Source: Squalus acanthias
Lineage: Eukaryota
DNA length: 64,000 nt
Assembly (NCBI GenBank): GCA_030390025.1
Contig: CM059432.1
Location: 111,354,001-111,418,000, forward strand
Direction of reading: 5' to 3'
The notes beneath the pieces were generated by a model. That model saw only the letters and a list, made by a program, of their open reading frames with translations. It was not told the DNA's origin and did not search any database. Shown here in pieces: positions 49,165-61,645 of the stretch. A program made the position numbers and the translations under genes. Numbering within the stretch: position 1 is the stretch's first letter; each line of letters begins with the position of its first letter.

Positions 49165-50122
49165 TCACAGGTAACGATAGGGAGATGGCAGAAATATTAA
49201 ATCATTATTTATTTCGCTTTGTTATTTACCAGGGTGATAGAACAGGTGGACATGACATTGGATAATGAGATGAGTAATGAGATAAGTGCATTTAAAATTA
49301 AAAAAAAAAAGGGGATATATTAAATAAACTAATCAAACTCAAAGAGGATAAAACCCCATGTCCGGATGGATTGTATCCACGCATTTTAAAATAATCTAGG
49401 GAAGAGATAGCGGAGGCATTACTACGCATATTTAATAATTCGTTAGAAAAAGATGTAGTGCCAGATGACTGGCAGATAGCTAACGTAATACCTATATTTA
49501 AGAAGGGGGATAGAACATGTCCAGGGAATTATAGACCAGTCAGTTAACATCGGAATAATGGAATCCCTACTAAAGGAGAAAACAGAAAATAGAAGAACAT
49601 CTAGAAACGAAAAGTATAATAATGAATGTCAGCATGGATTTCAAAAAGGAAAATCTTGCTTGACCAACCTTATTGAATTTTTTGAAGAGGTAACAGAGAG
49701 AGTAGACAATGGTAATGTAGTAGATGTCATTTATCTAGATTTTCAAAAGGCCTTCGATAAGGTACCCCATAATAGACTAATGAATAAGGTCAGAGAATGT
49801 GGAGTCGGGACAAGTAGCAGAATGGATTGCTAGCTGGCTTCAAGACAGAAAGCAGAGAGTGGGAATAAAGGGTAGCTATTCACAGTGGTAGAAGGTATGT
49901 AGTGGTGTTCCGCAAGGATCAGTGCTGGGACCACTGCTGTTCACAATTTACATTAACGATTTAGACTTTGGAATCAAAAACACAATTTCTAAATTTGTGG
50001 ATGATACCAAATTGGGGGGGATAGTCAATACTGAGGAGGACTGCAACAAATTACAGGAGGACATTAATAAACTTGCAGAATGGGCAAATAATTGGCCAAT
50101 GAAGTTCAACACCATAAATGTA
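49165..50122 (+). mobile_element. Old CR1 RT fragment
   Basis: QHGFQKGKSCLTNLIEFFE, YLDFQKAFDKVPH and KFVDDTK motifs. Confidence 0.92.
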
Positions 50123-51548
50123 TACAGGTATGTCCTGTCCACAAAAAGCAGGACAAATCCAATCCAGCCAATTACCACCCCATCAGTCTACTCTCAATCA
50201 TCAGCAAAGTGATAGAAGGTGTCATTGACAGTGCTATCAAGCGGCACTTACCAATAACCTGCTCACTGATGCCCAGTTTGGGTTCCGCCAAAACCACTCG
50301 GCTCCCGACCTCATTACAGCCTTGGTCCAAACATGGACAAAGGAGCTGAATTCCAGAGGTGAGGTGAGAGTGACTGCCCTTGACATCAAGGCAGCATTTG
50401 ACCAAGTGTGGCATCAAGGAGCCCCAGTAAAAGTGAAGTCAATGGGAATCGGGGGGGAAAATGCTCCACTGGCTGGAGTCATACCTAGCACAAAGGAAGA
50501 TGGTTGTGGTGGTTGAAGGTCAATCATCACAGCTCCAGGACATCGCTGCAAGAGTTCCTCAGGGCAGTGTCCTAGGCCCAACCATCTTCAGCTGCTTCAT
50601 CAATGACCTTCCTTCCAACATAAGGTCAGAAACGGGGATGTTCGCTGATGACTACACAATGTTCAGTACCATTCACAACTCCTCAGATAATGAAGCAGAC
50701 CATGCCCGCATGCAACAAGACCTGGACGACGTTCAGGCTTGGGCTGATAAGTGGCAGGTAATATTCACGCCACACAAGTGCCAGGCAATGACTATCTCCA
50801 ACAAGCGAGAGTCTAACCACCGCCCCTTGACATTCAACGGCATTCCATCACCGAATCCCCCACCATCAACATCCTGGGAGTCACCATTGACCAGAAACTT
50901 AACTGGACCAGCCACATAAATACTGTGGCAACAAGAGCAGGTCAGAGGCTGGGTATTCTGCGGCGAGTGTCTCACCTCCTGACTCCCCAAAGTCTTTCCA
51001 CCATCTACGAGGCACAAGTAAGGAGTGTGATGGAATACTCTCCACTTGCCTGGATGAGTGCAGCTCCAACAACACTCAAGAAGCTCGACACCATCCAGGA
51101 TAAAGCAGCCTGCTTGATTGGCACCCCATCCACCACCTTAAACATTCACTCCCTCCACCACCGGCATACCGTGGCTGCAGTGTGTACCATCTACAAGATG
51201 CACTGCAGCAACTCGCCAAGGCTTCTTCGGATGCACTTCCCAAACCCGCGACCTCTTCCACCTAGAAGGACAAGGACAGCAGGCTCATGGGAACACCACC
51301 GCCTCCAAGTTCCCCTCCAAGTCACACACCATCCTGACTTAGAAGTATATCGCCAATCCTTCATCGTCGCTGGGTCAAAATCCTGGAACAACCTAACTAA
51401 CAGCACTGTGGGAGTACCTTCACCACATGGACTGCAGTGGTTCAAGAAGGCGGCTCACCACCACCTTCTCAAGGGCAATTAGGGATGGGCAATAAATGCT
51501 GGCCTTGGCAGTGACGCCCACATCCCATGAACGAATAAAAAAAAAAAG
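50123..51548 (+). mobile_element. CR1/L2-group LINE, RT 3' half with poly(A) tail
   Basis: [33 protein letters not shown] and MFADD motifs; ends AATAAAAAAAAAA. Confidence 0.92.
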
Positions 51549-51575
51549 AATCAGCAGTTGACTAGCAGGAAATAA

Positions 51576-52235
51576 TGGCCCAGAATTAGCTGAAAAATAA
51601 CAGGGTCTAAATGATGCGCGCTATTATTAATGTGTGAAGAGAGACCCTGTGAATTGCCACAAGTTGCTGACCGATTTGTGCCGCTCTGTCGTTGGTTCTG
51701 TGAAAACGGCATCTTGCCCTTAACATCCCCATGATTTTCATGAAGTTGTTGCATTTGCACATTAATTGCCAATTAAACTCGCAACAGAAACTCCAGTAAT
51801 TAACAGCGCAACTACCCTTAACAACGTAATAATTGTTAATAACTGCCAGTTAACCTCTCTTGCCCATACAGTGAACAATTATAAGTGTGGAGTCTCATTC
51901 CTTCAGTACGTGAATTGTCTTAGGAGATTTTAAAAATGACAATTTTAAAACTTGTGGAAAAAAAAGTCTTACTTTTCCTTCGTCTCTTTTTTTTCTCTTT
52001 TTTAAACCAGTCTTTCTTTCCTTCTCTATTTCTCTTTCTGTATCTGATTTGACATGGAATTCACCCACTCTAATTCACCCGCCTTCTCAGTCCTTCCTCT
52101 GTTTATTTCTTAATCCTGTAATCACATTGGTTGTGGAGATAAACTGTTCGTTGTGTTGTTCTCCAAGGTCCCAGGTGCCCTGTTGCCCTCGCTGCACCAT
52201 TATCAGCTCGCACTTCCAGCAACTTTGTGGGAATT
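51576..52235. mobile_element. Harbinger-like non-autonomous element
   Basis: Starts GGCCCAGAATTAGCTG (compare 26484 GCCCAGAATTTGCTG); interior related to 53184-53925. Confidence 0.45.
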
Positions 52236-52485
52236 GTTTTTAAAAACACAAACATGCACGAATATATCTAACTAACACTCCGCAAGTGTGTCTCATTTAA
52301 ATGACTCAGCAGGAATTGAAATATTTGATTTGTAAACATAAGAATAATTAGTTGAATCCATGTGCACTGAAGTTTTCATGAAGTAAAACATTACTCATCT
52401 TGCAAAGTGTGACATTCTGTAATTATTTTCAATGTTGAACAATGTCATACTCCAAGTTTTCAAGCATGATATTATTTATTGACAG

Positions 52486-52557
52486 AAGGTGAGCTGGTTG
52501 ACATTGGACTGGGTCAAAAAATGTATTTAAACTGCCAAGGGAAGGGTCATCCTGTTG
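52486..52557 (+). CDS. Exon 3: (E)GELVDIGLGQKMYLNCQGKGHPV(V), start of alpha/beta-hydrolase fold; gene continues beyond the window
   Basis: Acceptor TTTATTGACAG; donor G|GTAAGT; 72 nt, phase 1 to 1; G-x-x-VD-x-G...C-x-G-x-G-x-P-V is typical of the first strands of alpha/beta hydrolases; from memory resembles an uncharacterised zebrafish protein (si:dkey-122a22.2), unverified. Confidence 0.85.
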
Positions 52558-52799
52558 GTAAGTAAAAAATTCCAGTTGTTTAGATTTTTTGCTACAGTGT
52601 AATTATGTACTTTTTTCTTCTGTGCGGAGTTGAGAAACTTGCAGAACCATGAAGGAGGGAATGAGAAAGAAACGTGATACAGGAAAAACGAATGAAATGA
52701 AAACTTACCTTGGGTCTGTAGCTATCTTTGTTGAAAATGAAAAAAGAGTCCGACAGTGATTGACTGAAACGTGTGCTGGTTGTTGAGGTATTGGGTCAT

Positions 52800-54640
52800 A
52801 CAACAACAACTTGCATTTATATAGCGCCTTTAAGGGAGTAAAACATCCCGAGGCACTTCACAGGAACGTAATCAGACAAAATAATTGACACCAAGCCAAA
52901 GAAGGAAACATTAGGACAGGTGACCAAAAGCTTGGTCAGAGATAGGTTTTAAGGAGTGTCTTAAAGGGGGAGCGAGAGGTGGAGAGGCAGATAGGTTTAG
53001 GGAGGGAATTCCAGAGCTTGGGGCCGAGGCAGCTGTAGGTACGGCCGCCAATGGTGGGGCAAAGGAAGTCTGGATGCACAAGAGACTGGAGATTGGAGGA
53101 GCGCAGAGTTCTCGGAAGGTTGTAGGGCTGGAGGAAGTTACAGAGGTAGAGAGGGGCGAGGCCATGGAGGGATTTGGACACAAGGGGCTGATTTTGCTGT
53201 ACTAATAACAGGTAGGCTGTCAACGCTGTCTGCTATTACTGGATAAAACTGACAGCAACTTCTGGCGTCCACACATGCGCAGTTAAACGCGGAAATCCAG
53301 AAGTTGCTATCAGTGATAACCTGCTCCTCTCGTGGCTGTGCTGTTGCAGTCTTCGCTGATGGAATCTGCACAGAAATCACTGTTAAGGCGTGAACTTGGG
53401 CTAATTACCTACTATTTTCGCACTAAAGACAGATGAAAAGCTTCAGCCTTCTTGAATCAGGAGTAACTGAATTTTTAACGGCGTAGTAAGTCATAATTAC
53501 TGCTGAACAACTTCTCTGGGCCTGAAAAATTAATTTACTAGTGTGGTGCCTCATTCCCTCAGAAAAAAATTAATGTTGCAGATTTAAAAAAAATAAAAAT
53601 GTAAACACTTTAATATTTTTTTGTGTTTTGCTCTTTTATGTGTATGACCCAATCTTTATTTCGCTTCCTGTCCAATGATTTAAATGTAAGTTATATTTCC
53701 TGATTTTTACTTCCTGCTTTGCCATCTGTGAGGATTCTTCAATCTGACTGGTTGAGCCGCTTCCCTGCTGCTTGACCTGCTCACAGACACCACAGATCCC
53801 CTTCGAGGGCGCTGAATTCAAACAGACGCTGGAACAGAATCTCTGCTGACAATTCCGCTAAAAGTCTGTGAGCAACTGTACGCGAGGTGAACGGCGAAAG
53901 CTGTTCCTGCGCCGCTCACAGCGAAGGATGAGAATTTTAAAAACGAGGATGTTTGGGGATCGGGACCCAATGTACGTCAGTGAGCACAGCGGTGATTGGT
54001 GTACGGGACTTGGTGCGAGTTAGCATATGGGCAGCAGTGTTTTGGATGAGTTCATGTTTATGGAGGGTGGAAGATGGGAGGCCACCCAGGAGAACATTAG
54101 AATAGTCGAGTCTGGAAGTAATAAAAGCATGGATGAGGTTTTCAGCAGCAGCAATGGGCTGAGGCAGTGACAGAGACTGGCGATATTATGGAGGTGGAAG
54201 TAGGCGGTCTTGGCGATAGAGAATGTGGAGTTGGAAGCTCAGCTCGGGCACAGCTAAGATGGCGAGGTTGTGAACAGTCTGGTGCAGCCTGAGACAGTGG
54301 CCAGGGAGCGGATGGAATTGTAAGGTAGGGAACGGAGTTTGTGGCAGGGGCAGAAGATGATGGCATTGGTCTTCCCAATGTTTAATTTTTGGAAATTTCT
54401 CTACTGGATGTCGGACAAATATCCTGACAACACAGAGGTAATGGAGGAGTCGAAAGAGGTGGTGGTGAGGTAAAGCTGGATGTCATCAGCATACACGTGG
54501 AACCTGACATTGTGTTTGTGGATGATGTCACCGAGGGGCAGGATATAGATGAGAACTAGGAGGGGGCCAAGGATAGATCCTGAGGGGACACCAGAGGTGG
54601 TAATGGTGCGGGAAGAGAAGCCATTGCAGGAGGTTACCAT
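52800..54640 (-). mobile_element. L2 LINE fragment interrupted by a Harbinger-like MITE at ~53184-53925
   Basis: (CAA)n tail at 52800; LHGLAPLYL and [10 protein letters not shown] motifs; MITE starts GGGGCTGATTTTGC and the L2 resumes at GGATGAGAATTTTAAA. Confidence 0.85.
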
Positions 54641-55599
54641 CAAAGATCTCAAGTTCCAAGCCTAGTCTTGCTAAGTGAACTGAACTCAGCTGGGGGTTTG
54701 GTGAGGCACTGCCACCAGTCTCAAGAAACCCCTGGACTAAGGAAGGGGAAAAACCTGTTGTGTTTTCTCCTTGATCAGTCAGTGGAATTTGCAAGAAACT
54801 GTGCATGTATAGATGTTGGATGAGGACATGAGTTTTTTCAACTTTAGTTCTTGTAGTCCACCAGTGCTTGTTGATCGATTGACATGTGTAGGTTAAGAAA
54901 ATGCGCTACGTTGTTTTATGTCTAAATGTAAGTTCATCCAAAATTTTCACAGTTCAGTAAATAGTAAATAGCCATGAACAGATCTTGGTTTCACTGAGGA
55001 AGTGGCCTTGAATACTGTGTGCTTTGTAGTTCTAACGGGAAGACTATCTCCATCTGGATGTTCCTTTGCAGCATCTGTTCTAATTTGCACCTGTGGCACT
55101 GCTGTCCAACTGTCCAGATGATAATCTTGGCATTGGAGACTCAATAAAATTGTTTCTTAAATTAAATTTAGTTTCCTTTGAGATTTGCTAGTTTTGCAAT
55201 GCAGGTGCATTTTAATTTTTTTGCCTCTGAAAATATTTCCAAATTCAGTGGGCTCCAGATAGTGGGAAGGATTCCGAGACTTGTACAGCTGCAGTTCCAC
55301 TTTTGGCAGAGTATGTAAATTGTAATCTTGGCATTTACCCTCTTCAGATGTATGGTTTCTTATAAATACAAAACCTTTGTCAAGGTGAGCTTGATTATGC
55401 CGCTATTATAGATTGGTCTTTAATATCCCATTCTATATTTTGGAACCTAGTTCCCTTGCTCCCAAATTTGCCCCATTTATAGACTGAACTTGCATCTATG
55501 TGGTGTCTTGTCAATTCCTCAGGATACCGTTAAAGCGCTTCAAAACCATTTAAAATACTTTTCAAAGTATTCCCAACTCCACTTCATTCTGTGTCCGCC

Positions 55600-57545
55600 C
55601 CAGAAAACGCTCTCCCCAAGTCACTCACAATGGTACTTTTAAATTACCAACTGTGCAGCCTTTGACCCTCCATTCACCACGATATTTCTGCAGCTGCTGA
55701 TCTGCTCAACCACACCCTCACCTCTACCTTTGATGCCCTTGTACCCATTAAAAGCATTACTCTCTCTCACCCTGGTCTTACCCCTGGTAAGACCCCCACC
55801 TCTGTACCCTTAAGTCCGAGGGACACAGACTTAAACGTTTATGGTGGACTGGTTTAGCTTTTCAACGCCAGATCTGACTTGATCACATAAAGCACTATCG
55901 GGTCCTACTTTGCCAAAACTGCTCACTTATTCCAAAATCATCCTGGAATGCAAAGAAAACCAACGGCTTCTCTTCTCCACTGTAAACCATTTTCTTAACT
56001 CCCTCTCCCTGCCCCCTGCCACCCTCACCTCCAACAACAAGTGCAAGGAGCTCATGGACTTCTTCGTCACAAAGATTAAGACCATCCATTCTTCTGTCTC
56101 TGCCGCTTCCTTCCTTTCGCCTAGCCCGTAACTTGCATCTTTCTCTAGTTTCTCTCCTATCTCCCGTCATGCCCTCTGAGCTCATCATGTCCATGAGACC
56201 CACCTCCTGCTCCCTTGATCCTATTCCCAACAAACTGCTGACCACCCAACTTTCTTTCCTGACTCCCATGTTAGCTGATATTGTTAACTGTTCTCTCCCT
56301 TCAGGTACTGTCCCCCTCACCTTCAAATCTGCCGCCATCACCCCCTTTCTCACAAAACCCACACTTGACCCCTCTGTCTTGCAAACTTTCACCCCATCTT
56401 CAACCTCCATTTCCTTGCCAAAGTCCTTGAACGTGTTGTCACCTCCCAAATCCGTGCTCATCTTTCCCGCCGCTCCAAGTCTGAAACCCTCTAATCAGGT
56501 TTCCACCCTTCCCACAGCACTGAAACGACACTTATCAAAGTCACAATTACATCCTATGTAACTGTGACCGTGGTAAACTATCCGTCCTTATCCTTCTCGG
56601 CAACATCGTCTGGAAACACAGTGTCCGGTTCCACATGTACTCTGACGACACCCAGCTCTACCTCACCACTGCCTCTGATTTGTCACGTTGCTTGTCCAAC
56701 ATTCAGTATTGGATGAGCAGAAATGTCCTCCAATTAAATATTCGTAAGACCCCATTGTCTTTGGACCCAGCCACCAACTCCGTTCCCTAGCCACCGACTC
56801 CATCACTCTCCCTGGCCACTGTCTGAGGATGAACCAGACTGTTCACAACCTTGGCGTCCTATTTGTCACCGAGCTGAGCTGCCGACCCCATATCCTCTCC
56901 CATCATCAAGACCGCCTACTTCCACCTCCGTAATATTGCCCATCTCCACCCCTGCCGCAGCTCGGCTGCAGCTGAAAGCCTCATCCATGCCTTTGTTATC
57001 TCTAGACGCGACTATTCCAGCGCTCTCCTGGCTGGCCTCCCACCTTGCACCCTCTGTAAACTTGGGTTCATCCAAAACTCTGCTGCCCATGTCCTAACTT
57101 GCACCAAGTCCTGTGCACCCATCTCCCCGTGCTCGCTCACCTACATTGGCAATGTCTCTATTTTAAAATTCTCGTCCTTGGTTTTCAAATCCCTCCAGGG
57201 CCTCGCCCCTCCCTATATCTGTAACCTCCTCCAGCCCAACAACCACGCTCCTCCATTTTGGCCTCTTGCACATCCCTTGATTTTCATCACCCCACCATTG
57301 ACGGTCGTGCCTTCAGCTGCCTAGGCCCTAAGCTCTGGAATTCCCTCCCTAAACCTCTCTGTCTTTGTACCTTTCTTTTTAAGACAATCCTTAAAACCTA
57401 CCTCTTTGACCAAGCTTTTGGTCACCTGTCCTACTGTCTCCTTACGTAGCTCAGTGTCTGATTTTGTTTGATAAAGCTCCTGTGAAGTTCCTTGGGACGA
57501 TCTACTGCGTTAAAGGCATTACATAAATGCAAGTTGTTGTTGTTG
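55600..57545 (+). mobile_element. L2 LINE ORF2 remnant
   Basis: PTSCSLDPIP, FKSAAITP and AFSCLGPKLWNSLP motifs; (TTG)n tail. Confidence 0.9.
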
Positions 57546-58019
57546 AAGTGCAGTCTCTGTTACGTCGTCAAATGTGGCAGCCAATTAAAGCAGAGCAAAT
57601 CCAGTGAATCTGTTAATGGTATAACCTGAGGGGAGAATGTTGGGCACCAAGAGAATTCTCCGCTTCTTTTCATGTAGTGCCATGTGATCTTTCACATCCA
57701 TCTGAACAGACCAATGAAACCTTGGTTTAATGTTGCATCCAAATGATGGTGCTTCTAAAAATACAGCACTTCCTTGTTGCTGTACTGAAGTATTAGTCTA
57801 GGTTATGTGCTCACGTCTGTATTGGGGCTTGAGCCCACAACCTTCTGACTTGAGGAGATAGAGTGCTAACAGTTGAATGCAGCTCAGACTGATATTGCTG
57901 GGCTGAATTTGGCTAAAGATGTGTATGCCAGTTCCAAGATCTGTGTGATTGTAGTTAGGAGACTCATCATGCCCATATCTCAAGAGTGGTGAGACATTTG
58001 TATCCACTATCGCCCATTG

Positions 58020-59320
58020 TATTCAGAGTCTTTAATGTTATAAGGGATGAGTGTGGAATGTCTGTTGTGGACATTTCTGAAAGAATTGTGGTGCTTTTTT
58101 GAAGACGATAGTGTTGTCAGATTCACCTGGGATCTTGTGTGCTCTACTCACCATCTTGAACAATGGGCTAATCAGTGGAATGTGGTTGGTGCCCTAGGTG
58201 CAGTGTTCTGGCTTTGCATGGCTCAAGATGGTATCTTGAAAGGTATTGATTGGTAGTTAGAAGGGGGATCTGATCAGACTGTTGATTCATATTGGTATTT
58301 GGGGTCCTGATGGATGCCAACTTCAGCCTGATCACAGTCCATGTTGAGAAGGTGGCAGGAGGGTGTTCTCATCTTTCTTCAATGACCACAAGCTCCCAAT
58401 ACAGATTAAACTTGAAGTGTATAAGCTATCTGTCAAAACAATTCTCCTTCTTTGCTCAGTATGCCTAGGCATGCAACAGAAAAGATTCCTCCACTCCATC
58501 TTGGACGAAGTTATGAGGTGGAATTGTAGCAAAAAGGTCTCGGGGATGGACGTTTCCAGCTTACTGGATACTCTGAATGGGAAATCATCTTCATGGTGGA
58601 CATGCTTTATTGATAAAGCTCCTCACATGACAATCTGGATTAAACAGTTGGTGCTGAGTAAACCTGGTATAGAAACTAGGAGCAGGAGTAGGCCATTCGG
58701 CCCGTCGAGCCTGCTCCACCATTCAATACAATCATGGCTGATCATCCAAATCCAGTACCCTGTCCCTGCTTTCTCACACAGAATCCCCATCGAGCCTGCA
58801 CCGACACACATCCCATCCTATCCCTGTAACCCCACATATTTAATCCCCCCCCTAACACTAAGGGTCAATTTATCATAGCCAAATCAACCTAACCCGCACA
58901 TTTTTGGACTGTGGGAGGAAACCGGAGCACCCGGAGGAAACCCATGCAGACACGGGGAGAATGTGCAAACTCCACACAGACAGTCACCCGAGGCCAGATT
59001 CGAACCCGGGTCCCTGGCGCTGTGAGGCACCAGTGCTAACCACTATGCCACCACTTGGACATGGACATCAAGGTAGTTGGCAGGTTGCAAATTGCCTTGC
59101 AGAAGTCCATTGTATAGGTGGAACTCTGATACATGGATAAATCAGGTAATGGTGTTACCTGGAGGCCAGATATGAGTAACTCCAGAGTTTGATCACTGCC
59201 ATGTTTTGATTGTAGAAAGGTAAGTAGCTGAAGCTGTTCACCTCCAACTGAGGGGGGTGGGGGTGCACTGTTGAATGGGATTTGATGTATGTCCATTCTT
59301 TTGTAATGCACTTGCAATGG
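58020..59320 (+). mobile_element. Very old LINE remnant (RTE-like) interrupted by a SINE
   Basis: KLPIQIKLEVYKLSVKTILL...QKRFLHSIL resembles the post-RT region of RTE-clade elements; heavily decayed. Confidence 0.35.
58669..59053 (-). mobile_element. tRNA-derived V-domain SINE (HE1-like), long-tail form
   Basis: Near-identical to 10528-10974. Confidence 0.92.
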
Positions 59321-59329
59321 TGGCTGTCG

Positions 59330-61644
59330 CAGTTCTTGTTGTGCGAGGCCCCTTGGGTCGGAGCGATCATAATATGATAGAATTCTTCATTAAGATGGAG
59401 AGTGAAGTAGTTAACTCAGAGACTAGGGTCCTGAATTTAAATAAAGGAAACTACGATGGTATGAGGCGCGAGTTGGGTAGGATTGATTGGGGAATGTCAC
59501 TCAAAGGGTTGACGGTGGATAGGCAATGGCAAACATTCAAAGACCGCATGGATGAACTACAGAATTTGTTCATCCCAGTTTGGCATAAGAATAAAACAAA
59601 AAAGGTGACTCAACCGTGGCTAACAAGGGAAATTAGGGATAGCATAAGATCCAAGGAGAGGACATATAAATTGGCCAGAAAAAGCAGAAAACTTGAGGAT
59701 TGGGAGCAGTATAGGATTCAGCAAAGAAGGACAAAGGGATTAATTAAGAGGGGGGAAAATAGAGTATGAGAGTAAGCTTGTAGGGAACATAAAAACTGAC
59801 TGTAAAAGCTTTTATAGATATGTGAAGAGAAAAAGATTGGTGAAGTCAAGCGTAGGTCCCTTGCAGTCAGAATCAGGGGAACTTATAATGGGGAACAAAG
59901 AAATGGCAGACCAATTAAATACATATTTTGGTTCTGTCTTCACAAAGGAGGACACAAATCACAAATAACCTCCCAGAGATGTCAGGGGACATAGGGTCTG
60001 ATGAAAGGGAGGAACTGAAAGAAATCAGTATTTGTAGGGAAATGGTGTTCGGAAAATTGGAGGGATTGAAGGCCGATAAATCCCCAGGGCCTGATAATCT
60101 ACATCCTAGGGCACTTAAGGAAGTGACCCTAGAAATAGTAGATGCATTGCTGATCATCTTCCAACATTTGATGGCATCTGGAACAATACCCATGGATTGG
60201 AGGGTAGCTAATTTTACCCCACTATTCAAAAAAGGTGGTAGAGAGAAAACGGGGAATTACAGACCGGTAAGCCTGACATCGGTAGTGGGGAAAATGCTAG
60301 AGTCCATTATAAAAGATGTAATAGCAGAGCACTTGGAAAACAGTGACAGGATCGGACAAAGTCAACATGGATTTACAAAAGGTAAATCGTGCTTGACTAA
60401 TCTACTGGAATTTTTTGAGGATGTAACTGGTAAAATAGATAAGGGAGAACCAGTGGATGTGGTGTATTTGGACTTTCAAAAGGCTTTCGATAAGGTCCCG
60501 CATAAGAGGTTAGCGTGTAAAGTTAAGGCACATGGGATTGGGGGCAAGGTATTGACTTGGATAGAGAACTGGTTGGCAGACAGAAAGCAAAGAGTTGGAA
60601 TAAACGGGTCTTTTTCCGAGTGGCAGGCAGTGACTAGTGGGGTACTGCAGGGATCGGTCCTTGGACCCCAGCTATTCACAATATATATTAATGATCTAGA
60701 CAAGGGAACCAGATGTAATATCTCCAAGTTTGCAGACGACACAAAGCTGGGTGGGCGTGTGTGCTGTGAGGAGGATGCCGAGAAACTCCAGGATGATTTG
60801 GACAGGTTGGGTGATTGGGCAGAAGCATGGCAGATGCAATATAACGTGGATAAATGCGAGGTTATCCACTTTGGTGGCAAAAACAGGAAGGCAGATTATT
60901 ATCTGAATGGCAATAGATTGGGAGAAGGGGAAGTGCAACGAGACCTGGGTGTCCTTGTGCACCGGTCGCTGAAGGTAAGCATGCAGGTGCAGCAGACGGT
61001 TAAGAAGGCAAATGGTATGTTGGCCTTCGTAGAGAGAGGGTTTGAGTACAGGAACAAGGATGTCTTGCTGCAGTTGTACAGGGCCTTGGTGAGACCACAC
61101 CTTGAGTATTGTGTGCAGTTTTGGTCGCCTTATCTGAGGAAGGAGGTTCTTGCCATGGGAGGAGTTCAGCGAAGATTCACCAGGCTGATACCTGGGATGG
61201 CAGGAATGACTTATGAGGAGAGATTGGGTCGATTGGGCTTATACTCGCTGGAGTTTAGAAGAATGAGAGGGGATCTCATTGAAACTTATAAAATTCTGAA
61301 AGGACTGGACAGACTAGATGCAGGAAGGATGTTCCCGATGGTTGGGGAGTCCAGAACCAGGGGTCACAGTCTAAGGAATAAGGGGTAAGCCATTTAGGAC
61401 AGAAATGAGGAGAAATTTCTTCACCCAGAGGGTGGTGAACCTGTGGAATTCTCTACCACAGAAGGCAGAGGCCAATTCATTAAATATATTCAAGAAGGAG
61501 TTGGATATATTTCTATAGGCTAAAGGGATATGGGGAGAAAGCAGGGACAGGGTACTGCATTTGGATGATCAGCCATGATCGCATTGAATGGCGGGACAGG
61601 CTAGAGGGGCCGAATGGCCTACTCCTGCTCCTATCTTCTATGTT
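59330..61644 (+). mobile_element. Young 5'-truncated CR1 with 486-aa RT ORF (59928-61388)
   Basis: Full set of RT motifs; 3' tail CCTACTCCTGCTCCTATCTTCTATGTTT. Confidence 0.96.
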
Positions 61645-61645
61645 T

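Noticed and set aside
55340..55390. Possible hydrolase exon 4 (SSDVWF-like peptide before AAG|GTGAGC)
   Set aside because: Lacks the hydrophobic strand expected right after GHPV, and the resemblance is too short to support; exon 4 probably lies beyond the window
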